IMG/VR virus record: IMGVR_UViG_3300037424_001630
Location: 1-64,000 of that record
Length of the DNA stretch: 64,000 nt
Source: a virus
Taxonomy: Duplodnaviria > Caudoviricetes
Strand: one strand, 5' to 3'
Both the position numbers and the translations under genes were made by a program. The notes below the pieces were generated by a model. That model was not told the DNA's origin. It made no database searches and worked only from the letters and a program-made list of their open reading frames with translations. Below are positions 1 to 7,268 of the stretch, one piece after another. The number at the start of each line of letters is the position of its first letter. The first letter of the stretch is position 1.

Positions 1-2
1 CC

Positions 3-353
3 CAGCTCGAGGAGCGCCCGGACGTCGCCGCGTGGATCTACACGCGGAGTTGGCGCGTGCCGGCCCTGCTGCCGGAGCTGGAGCGCCTGCGAGCCCTCCC
101 GAACGTCCAGGTCTTCGCTTCCATGGACGGTTCGATCCCCGAGATGCCTCCCGCGGGGTGGCGTCGGTCCTGGATCGACGGCGACCCGCGGGCATTTAAA
201 GATTCTATCGGCGATCGTCGCGGGTGGCTCCGCACAGCTGACGGAACTCCGACTCTCGTGTGTCCGGAGCAGACCGGAGACAAGAAGGACTGCGAGGAGT
301 GCGGCTACTGCTTCGTGGGCAAGAGGAACGACGTCACCTTCCTGAGGCACTGA
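3..353 (+). CDS. Gp88-like phage protein, 5'-truncated by window edge
   Basis: Frame +3 open from base 3 (QLEERPDVAAWIYTRSWRVP...); WIYTRS motif and C-terminal CPEQ...CEECGYC cysteine cluster resemble actinophage Gp88-type proteins. Confidence 0.55.
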   Translation, partial: QLEERPDVAAWIYTRSWRVPALLPELERLRALPNVQVFASMDGSIPEMPPAGWRRSWIDGDPRAFKDSIGDRRGWLRTADGTPTLVCPEQTGDKKDCEECGYCFVGKRNDVTFLRH

Positions 354-356
354 GCG

Positions 357-698
357 GTGCGGACGCGGGTGTACGTGGCGGGACCGATCTCGGTGGGGGA
401 CGTCGAGGCGAACGTGCGCCGAGCCGTCAGCGTGGGCCTCGAGCTCTTCCGCGCTGGCTACGCGCCGTTCATCCCGCACCTCAGCCACTTCGCCGACCCA
501 CTTGCCCTCTGCGGCACCGAGGCGTACGAGGGGTGGCTGGATCTGGACCGCAGCTTCATCAGCGTGTGCGACGCGCTGCTGCGCCTCCCCGGCTACTCCG
601 CCGGGGCGGACAGGGAGGTGGCTTTCGCGAAGTCCTACTGGGTCCCCGTCTACTACTCCGTGGACCATCTTCTGTTAGAACTTGCCCCTACGCGGTAG
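357..698 (+). CDS. DUF4406/DUF1937-like nucleoside deoxyribosyltransferase-fold protein
   Basis: VYVAGPIS...GYAPFIPHL...CDALLRLPGYSAGADREVAFA pattern. Confidence 0.7.
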   Translation: MRTRVYVAGPISVGDVEANVRRAVSVGLELFRAGYAPFIPHLSHFADPLALCGTEAYEGWLDLDRSFISVCDALLRLPGYSAGADREVAFAKSYWVPVYYSVDHLLLELAPTR

Positions 699-706
699 CA
701 GAAGAC

Positions 707-1513
707 ATGATCGGTCCCCTCGTCTCCGTAGTGGTCCCCACGCGCCGGCACGAGTCGGTGGAGCTCACCGTCAGGAGCCTGGCGGCGCAGTCGTGCCAGG
801 ACTTCGAGGTACACGTCGTCGTGGACTCCGGAGAGCGGGGCGCGCCGTGGGCGCGGAACCGCGGGGCCGAGCGCGCGCGGGGGAAGTTCATCTTGTTCAG
901 CGACTCCGACGTCGACTGGGACCCGACCGCTCTGGACACCATGGTCTCGACCCTCGAGCGGGCGATGCTCCGCGACGCTGAGGCGATCCGCGCGGAGGCG
1001 CCACCGAGGTTCCGGACCGCATACGCGTATGGCGGGTACCGCACGACGTTCCCGGCCCCGCGCGCCTCCGGTGCCCCGCACGCGAACGCCTCGTGGGACT
1101 TCGCGACCTTGAAGTACCGCAACGTCGCCTCGACCATGGCGCTGGTCTACCGGGACGCGTTCACCGGCTTCGACGAGACCCTGGCGAGGCTTCAGGATTG
1201 GGACCTGTGGCTCGGGATGGCGCTTAACGCCGACGAGCGCGGGGAGTGGGTGGGGCGCATCCTGTTCACGACGCCGTACCGGGAGGACGGGATCAGCGCC
1301 CCGGGGCGCGACGCTTACGTCGCCGCGTGGCAGGCGGTCCGGAGGAAGTACGGGCTCTCGACTGACTTCTTGCCGCAGTATACGGCGTCGGCTCCCGCGG
1401 ACGTGCCGCCCCCTCTTCCTCCGCCTTCCCCGACGCCGCCCACGCCGCGGCCGTCTCCCATAATCCACCTCGACTCGCACCGGCGGCGACACCCGCCAGG
1501 AGGGCGACGCTGA
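707..1513 (+). CDS. Glycosyltransferase family 2 with Pro-rich C-terminal tail
   Basis: ATG at 707; VSVVVPT, ARNRGAERARGKFILFSDSD (DxD), QDWDLWL motifs. Confidence 0.85.
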   Translation: MIGPLVSVVVPTRRHESVELTVRSLAAQSCQDFEVHVVVDSGERGAPWARNRGAERARGKFILFSDSDVDWDPTALDTMVSTLERAMLRDAEAIRAEAPPRFRTAYAYGGYRTTFPAPRASGAPHANASWDFATLKYRNVASTMALVYRDAFTGFDETLARLQDWDLWLGMALNADERGEWVGRILFTTPYREDGISAPGRDAYVAAWQAVRRKYGLSTDFLPQYTASAPADVPPPLPPPSPTPPTPRPSPIIHLDSHRRRHPPGGRR

Positions 1514-2073
1514 TGTGCCACGACACAGTTCTGGCGTTCGGACCGCGGGTGGTGAAGCGGGAGCACGTCGAGGGGCTGCGCGTCCTCGAGGTGGGCTCGC
1601 GGAACGTCAACGGGTCGCTCCGCCCGTACATCGAGTCGCTCGCTCCGGCGTCCTACGTCGGCGTCGACGTCCAGCCGGGGCCCGGCGTGGACGGGCTCCG
1701 CGACGTCGAGGGCGCCTCGTTCTGCTTCCTGGAGCCGTTCGACCTGGTGGTCTGCACGGAGGTGCTGGAGCACGTCCGGGACTGGCGCGCGGCGGCGCGG
1801 AACCTCAAGCGCAGCGTGCGCGTTGGCGGGCACCTGCTGATCACGACCCGCAGCCGCGGCTTCAAGCTCCACGAGTTCCCGGGCGACTACTGGCGGTACT
1901 CGCTGGACGACATGGCGAACATCTTCGCGGACTTCGAGATCCTCGTGCTGGAGTCCGACACGCACGCGCCGGGGGTCCTCTTCTACGCCCAGAACCTCGG
2001 ACCGCGGGACCTAGACCTGTCCGACATCAAGCTGTACGCGATGCCTGCTCCGCAAACGAAGGGCGCGGGGTGA
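1513..2073 (+). CDS. Class I SAM-dependent methyltransferase
   Basis: VLEVGSRNVNGS, YVGVDVQPGPGVD, FDLVVCTEVLEHV, DYWRYS motifs; TGATG coupling to upstream gene. Confidence 0.85.
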   Translation: MCHDTVLAFGPRVVKREHVEGLRVLEVGSRNVNGSLRPYIESLAPASYVGVDVQPGPGVDGLRDVEGASFCFLEPFDLVVCTEVLEHVRDWRAAARNLKRSVRVGGHLLITTRSRGFKLHEFPGDYWRYSLDDMANIFADFEILVLESDTHAPGVLFYAQNLGPRDLDLSDIKLYAMPAPQTKGAG

Positions 2074-2807
2074 TGCTCAGCGTCGTGACGTGGAAGTGGA
2101 ACCGCCCGGACGGGTCCTCCCTGTTCGGGCCCGAGTACGTGAACCGCATGCGCTCCATGATGGAGCGCCACCTCCACGTCGAGCACCGCGTTGTCTGCGT
2201 CACTGACGACGCGGCCGGGCTCGACCTGCGCGTGGACGTCGTCCCGCTTCCGCACGAGTTCTCCGGGTCTCCGCGGTGCATCCGGCGCCTCCGGCAGTAC
2301 GACGAGCAGTGGTCGCGCTACTGGTTCGGCCCGCGCTTCCTCAGCATCGACCTCGACATGGTGGTCACGGGTGACGTGACGCACCTGTTCGACCGGACGG
2401 AGCCGCTCGTGTGCTGGCGTCTCGGCTGGCGCCACGAGATTTACGGCGGCGCGCTCGTCCTGATGGACGCCGGCGCGCTCCGTGGCCTGTGGGAGCGCTT
2501 CTCGGCGGACCCGTGGGGCTACGCGCTCGCCGCGCAGGCGTCCGTCTACCACAAGCCGACGCCTGGCGCGCCGTGGAGCGGGGCGTCCGACCAGCCCGTC
2601 TTGAACTACTACATCAGGACGTCCGGCGTCCGGGTCGCCGACCTGAAGGACGAGGACGGGCTCACCACGTACCGCAACGGGTTCCGGCCGAAGGACCCGC
2701 CGATGTCGGAGCTGCGCCCCGGCGTCCGGCTCGTCTCGTTCGGGCACGGGTCTATCGACGTGATGGAGGGGGGGAAACACGAATGGGTACGCGAGAATTG
2801 GCGGTGA
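2073..2807 (+). CDS. Putative glycosyltransferase (GT-A fold, DxD)
   Basis: VVTWKW...GPEYVNRMRSMMERHL...SIDLDMVVTGD...SDQ; paralog of 4469-5206. Confidence 0.7.
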   Translation: MLSVVTWKWNRPDGSSLFGPEYVNRMRSMMERHLHVEHRVVCVTDDAAGLDLRVDVVPLPHEFSGSPRCIRRLRQYDEQWSRYWFGPRFLSIDLDMVVTGDVTHLFDRTEPLVCWRLGWRHEIYGGALVLMDAGALRGLWERFSADPWGYALAAQASVYHKPTPGAPWSGASDQPVLNYYIRTSGVRVADLKDEDGLTTYRNGFRPKDPPMSELRPGVRLVSFGHGSIDVMEGGKHEWVRENWR

Positions 2808-3142
2808 CGAGCGTCGCCGCGGCGCTCTCTGACACGCGGGCGCGGCTCATCGAGAGCTGGCTGGCGAAACACGCGGGGCATGGTCCGGGTTCGCTGTCGA
2901 TCCGCACGCCGAGCGGGGAGGAGACGGTATCCTGCCCGTGTTGCGCGAGGGCGCGAGTCCGAGTCTATATCAACCGGCGCAGTTGTACCGTCGAGCTGGA
3001 AGATCTGGTGTCGCCGCGGTCGTGGGGCGCCCCGGCCGGCCGACGAGACCGGGAGCTGCGCCGGGTGCGAGATGATCTCACAGACGAGACGGACCGCAAA
3101 ATCGCATGCGGGAAGCCGCGCCGCTGGAGGAATCGGTTGTGA
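2804..3142 (+). CDS. Hypothetical protein with CPCC motif
   Basis: GTGA overlaps with both neighbours. Confidence 0.45.
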   Translation: MTSVAAALSDTRARLIESWLAKHAGHGPGSLSIRTPSGEETVSCPCCARARVRVYINRRSCTVELEDLVSPRSWGAPAGRRDRELRRVRDDLTDETDRKIACGKPRRWRNRL

Positions 3143-3759
3143 ACCTCCTCGTGACCATCCCGTTCGCCCTGGACCTGAACCTCGGCGCCGCGTACAACCG
3201 CGTCATGGACGACCTCCCAGACGGCGGGTGGGCGTGCCTCCTCGACCACGACGTGATGTTCACGACGTCGTCCTGGTACCGGCAGCTCCGGGAGGCGATG
3301 GTGGCGGAGCCGCGGGGCTCGTTCACCGCCGTGGCGAACCGCATGCGCGCCCGGTGGCAGGTGGCGCCGGAGCTTTCGCCGCAGGAGAAGGACAGCGACG
3401 ACGTCGCGTTCCACCGCAGGATCGGCAAGCAGCGCGCCGCGAACCGCGGGCTGCTGGACGTCACGGACACGGGTGGCTGGGGCGGGCTCCTGATGCTCGT
3501 CAGCAAGGCGGCCTGGCAGGACGCGGGCGGGTTCGCCGACGGGCTCTGGTGCGTGGACCACATGTTCCACTACGCGCTCCGCGCCGCCGGCCGACGCCTC
3601 TACCTCATCGAGGGGCTGTACCTCTACCACTTTCGCGCCTCGTCGTCCGACCGGGACATGCTGCGGTCCGCGCCCCGGGCGCGGGACCCTCAGACGGGTC
3701 TCGGGTGTCCCTGTCGGACTGCGCCGCACGTCGCCCCGACTGAGAGGAGGATGCTGTGA
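3139..3759 (+). CDS. Putative glycosyltransferase (GT2-like)
   Basis: NLGAAYNRVM...ACLLDHDVMF (DxD)...GFADGLWCVDHMF. Confidence 0.7.
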   Translation: MNLLVTIPFALDLNLGAAYNRVMDDLPDGGWACLLDHDVMFTTSSWYRQLREAMVAEPRGSFTAVANRMRARWQVAPELSPQEKDSDDVAFHRRIGKQRAANRGLLDVTDTGGWGGLLMLVSKAAWQDAGGFADGLWCVDHMFHYALRAAGRRLYLIEGLYLYHFRASSSDRDMLRSAPRARDPQTGLGCPCRTAPHVAPTERRML

Positions 3760-4472
3760 CGCCGATCGTGGATATCGTGGTCCCGACGTTCAATCAGAGC
3801 GACATGACGCGCGCCTGCGCTCAGTCTATATGGCTTAACACGGCTCCCGGCTATGTTCGGGTGATCTGGGTGGACAACGGTAGTGACCTGATCGAGCTCG
3901 CTGTAGCGAGGAACGCTTGGGAAGCGATGCGTCCGGGCGTCGAGGTGCTGACCCTCCTCCTGCCGACCAACCTGGGGTACGTGAAGGCGACGAACGCAGG
4001 CATCGCGGTCACCACGGCGCCCTACGTGCTGCTCCTCAACAATGACACGGAGCTCCCGCCCGGGTGGCTCGAGGCTATGACCGACGTGATGTCGGAGCGC
4101 CCGGAGGTCGGCATCGTCGGTCCGCGGTCATCCGCGCTGGGGCAGTGGCAGGGGATGGTCCCGCACGCGCCCGGCTACGTCGCGCCGATCAAGGAGCGCA
4201 TGTTGTCGTTCTTCTGCGCGCTGGTCCGCCGCGATGTCATCGTCCGGTGCGGCTACCTGTCGGAGGAGTACCGCGCCGGTCTGGGGGACGACGATGACTA
4301 CTGCGAGCGCGTGCTCCGCGCCGGCTGGCAGCTCGCCCTGCGGACGGACGTGCTGGTCAGGCACCACCACCGGACGACGTTCCGGGCGGTGTACGGGGAC
4401 GGCGGCTGGATCGGGTACCAGAGGGAGAACATAGCGCTCCTAAGGGAAAAGTGGGGCAAGGTGAAGAAGTGA
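3756..4472 (+). CDS. Glycosyltransferase family 2
   Basis: DIVVPTFN, VDNGS, NLGYVKATNAG, LLLNNDT, DDDYCER motifs. Confidence 0.9.
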   Translation: MTPIVDIVVPTFNQSDMTRACAQSIWLNTAPGYVRVIWVDNGSDLIELAVARNAWEAMRPGVEVLTLLLPTNLGYVKATNAGIAVTTAPYVLLLNNDTELPPGWLEAMTDVMSERPEVGIVGPRSSALGQWQGMVPHAPGYVAPIKERMLSFFCALVRRDVIVRCGYLSEEYRAGLGDDDDYCERVLRAGWQLALRTDVLVRHHHRTTFRAVYGDGGWIGYQRENIALLREKWGKVKK

Positions 4473-5206
4473 GGGACCTCGCCGTCGTGACGTGGCTGTG
4501 GGCTGCGCCGGAGTCTCCGTTCGGACCGGAGTACGTGAACCGACTGCACTCCATGCTCCAGAGACACCTCCGTGCACCTCACAAACTGTACTGCATCACG
4601 GACAACCCGGTCACGGATTTCGATTCGGGCATCGAGACCGTCTCCATGTCGCCGAACTTCCTCCGACACGCCGACATGCGGGCGGGCAACCGCTCGTGCT
4701 TCAGGCGCCTGCGAATCTTCGACGCTGGGATGGCGTTAGACTTCGGGCCGCGGATCCTCCAGCTCGACCTCGACGCGGTGATAGTGGACGACGTGACTCC
4801 CCTGTTTGCCCGCACCGAGCCGCTCGTCCTATGCGTGCAGAACCGCCCCGCGCGCCGCACGGTGTACAACCCGAGCGCCGCCCTGTTCGACGCCGGGGTG
4901 CTCCACGAGATGTGGGAGCGCTTTGACGCCGCGCCGCGCGAGACGTGGCTGGAGGCTAAGCGCCGCGGCTGGTCGTGCTCGGACATGGCGGTCATCAACG
5001 ACTTCGTCAGCCGGCTCCCCGTAGGCGACCCGCGACGCCCCGCGGCGTGGACGGAGGCCGAGGGGATGGTGGCGTACTGGCGGGACGTGAAGAAGGACGG
5101 CGCTCTGCCGCCCGGAGCGCGCATGGTCCTGTTCTACGGCAACAGTAACCCGGGGGACGCGAGCGTGCAGGCGAAGAGTCCGTGGGTGGCGGAGCACTGG
5201 CGGTGA
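4469..5206 (+). CDS. Putative glycosyltransferase (GT-A fold, DxD)
   Basis: VVTWLW...GPEYVNRLHSMLQRHL...LQLDLDAVIVDD...SDM; paralog of 2073-2807. Confidence 0.7.
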   Translation: MRDLAVVTWLWAAPESPFGPEYVNRLHSMLQRHLRAPHKLYCITDNPVTDFDSGIETVSMSPNFLRHADMRAGNRSCFRRLRIFDAGMALDFGPRILQLDLDAVIVDDVTPLFARTEPLVLCVQNRPARRTVYNPSAALFDAGVLHEMWERFDAAPRETWLEAKRRGWSCSDMAVINDFVSRLPVGDPRRPAAWTEAEGMVAYWRDVKKDGALPPGARMVLFYGNSNPGDASVQAKSPWVAEHWR

Positions 5207-5324
5207 TAAGGGTCATCTTGCCGTGGGGGGACATCTTGGCTGTGTTCACGCTATGTCCGCGGTGCAAGCAGATCAAGCCGTACTTCTGCCGGTGTTCCGA
5301 GTGGCCGCCGGATAGGAAGAGGTG

Positions 5325-7268
5325 ATGGCGGACCCCGAGCTGACCCTCCTGCACGGTGACTGCGTCGAGGTCATGGGCGCGATGGCGCCGGATAGCGTCG
5401 ACGCGGTCGTGTGCGACCCGCCCTACGGGCTCGAGTTCATGGGCAAGGAGTGGGACAGGTTCTCGCCGAATCAGCCCACGCTGAGGTCCGGATCCGACCA
5501 CGCGGGGAGTAGCTTCGCGGGCATCGACAAGTTTGTCATAGGCGACAACGCTCCGAGCCAGCTCCCCACCTACGGGAAGCGAAGGACCACGGCGCGATGC
5601 AAGTCGTGCGGCAAGCGGGACGCGTTCAAGAACCCCCACGCCTGCGGCGCCGGCGAGTGGGTCATTGAGTTCGTCGACGCCGCCCCGCTAGAGATGCAGG
5701 CGTTCGGCGAGTGGTGCAGGACGTGGGCGCTCGCCGCCCTGCGCGTCCTCAAGCCGGGCGGGCACCTGGTCTCCTTCGGCGGCACGCGCACGTACCACCG
5801 GCTCGCGTGCGCGCTCGAGGACGCGGGCTTCGAGCTGCGCGACTCGCTCCTGTGGCTCTACGGTCAGGGCTTCCCGAAGTCGCGGGACATCGGCAAGGCG
5901 ATCGACAAGGAGGCCGGTGCGGAGCGCGAGGTAAGCAGGCCCGGTGCGAAGTACGAGAGCGCTCCGGACGGGTCCGTCTACAATCACGGACTGAACGCGA
6001 ATTTTCAACAGCGCCAGCTGACCGCCCCCGCCACGGCCGCCGCCCGCGAGTGGGCAGGCTGGGGCACCGCCCTGAAGCCTTCTTACGAGCCCATCGTCCT
6101 CGCCCGCAAGCCGCTGTCCGAGAACACCGTCGCCGCCAACGTACTGCGCTGGGGGACGGGCGCGTTGAACGTGGACGGGTGCCGGATCGGCACCGGGACT
6201 GGTGACAGCCGTGACGGTGAGGCGACGGCCGAGACGCGGTACACTGAGCGCGGGAGCGTGACGTTCGCAGCCAAGCCGGGCCCGCGCGGCGGGGACGCGA
6301 AGGGACGCTGGCCCGCCAACGTCGTCCTGAGCCACACGGCCGACTGCGAGGTGGTCGGCACCGCACCCGACAGGCACGTCAAGAACGTGCGCCCGGTGGC
6401 GGACGCGGCTAAGCACTCCGAGGGGTGGGGCACCGCGCCCATGGAGACAGCCGAGGTCGAGGAGGAGCGCGAGGTCTGGGCGTGCGTCGAGGGCTGTCCC
6501 GTGCGGCTGCTGGACAAGCAGAGCGGGCGTCTGCAGAGCGGGACGGGCGCGGTCAAGCGCAGGGCGTCCGCGACACGGGACGGCAACAGGAGCGCCGCGT
6601 TCGGGAAGGAGAACCGCGCCGAGGGTACTCCGAACGTGGAGTATGGCGACGCCGGCGGAGCCTCGCGCTTCTTCTACTGCGCGAAGGCGAGCCGCGCGGA
6701 GCGGGAGCGGGGGCTGGACGCTCTCCCGACCCACACCAGCGAGGAGCTCAGCGGAGGGGGCGGCACTGCGCACCCGCTTGCGGGCGCCTATCAGTCGCGG
6801 AAGCCCGAGGGGATGCACAACACGCACCCGACCGTGAAGCCCGTCGCCGTCATGCGGTGGCTGATACGCCTCGTCGCGCCGCCGGGAGGCGTCGTCCTCG
6901 ATCCGTTCGTCGGCTCAGGTACTACGCTGGTCGCCGCCCGCGAGGAGGGTATGGCGGCGGTCGGGATCGAGCGCGACGCCGGGTACGTTCTTATCGCTTC
7001 GGCGCGGGCGGGGGTCGAGTCGCCGGTCTCGCCGGAGGACGCGCCGACGCCCGTCTCGGAAGTCGACAGGACTCTGAACCCCTACAAGACGGCGCGGTGC
7101 AACGTGTGCGGTTCCAAGACGAAGTCCCCCGGGCAGTCCTCGCCGGGACCGAACTGCGGGCACGGTGACTGGTCGTGGGTCGGGCAGGTGGGGGGCGCTC
7201 GCGCCCCGGCTGGTATACTGGTTGGAGCCCCTCCCCCACAAGAGGACGTGGACCCGTACATGTCATGA
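5325..7268 (+). CDS. DNA amino-methyltransferase (N6-A/N4-C, beta class)
   Basis: LLHGDC, VVCDPPYG (catalytic motif IV), FGGTRTYHRL, ALKPSYEPIVLARKP, HPTVKP, VLDPFVGSGTT (SAM-binding motif I). Confidence 0.92.
   Translation: MADPELTLLHGDCVEVMGAMAPDSVDAVVCDPPYGLEFMGKEWDRFSPNQPTLRSGSDHAGSSFAGIDKFVIGDNAPSQLPTYGKRRTTARCKSCGKRDAFKNPHACGAGEWVIEFVDAAPLEMQAFGEWCRTWALAALRVLKPGGHLVSFGGTRTYHRLACALEDAGFELRDSLLWLYGQGFPKSRDIGKAIDKEAGAEREVSRPGAKYESAPDGSVYNHGLNANFQQRQLTAPATAAAREWAGWGTALKPSYEPIVLARKPLSENTVAANVLRWGTGALNVDGCRIGTGTGDSRDGEATAETRYTERGSVTFAAKPGPRGGDAKGRWPANVVLSHTADCEVVGTAPDRHVKNVRPVADAAKHSEGWGTAPMETAEVEEEREVWACVEGCPVRLLDKQSGRLQSGTGAVKRRASATRDGNRSAAFGKENRAEGTPNVEYGDAGGASRFFYCAKASRAERERGLDALPTHTSEELSGGGGTAHPLAGAYQSRKPEGMHNTHPTVKPVAVMRWLIRLVAPPGGVVLDPFVGSGTTLVAAREEGMAAVGIERDAGYVLIASARAGVESPVSPEDAPTPVSEVDRTLNPYKTARCNVCGSKTKSPGQSSPGPNCGHGDWSWVGQVGGARAPAGILVGAPPPQEDVDPYMS
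7211..7219 (+). promoter_or_regulatory. Candidate extended -10 promoter (TGG TATACT) upstream of MuF gene
   Basis: TGn-TATACT about 45 nt upstream of ATG 7265; AT-rich hexamer is rare in this GC-rich DNA. Confidence 0.4.

Noticed and set aside
260-706. N-terminal extension of the first glycosyltransferase ORF (track start 260)
   Set aside because: Overlaps two credible genes in other frames; GT2 motifs begin after ATG 707. Similar upstream extensions were trimmed for many track ORFs
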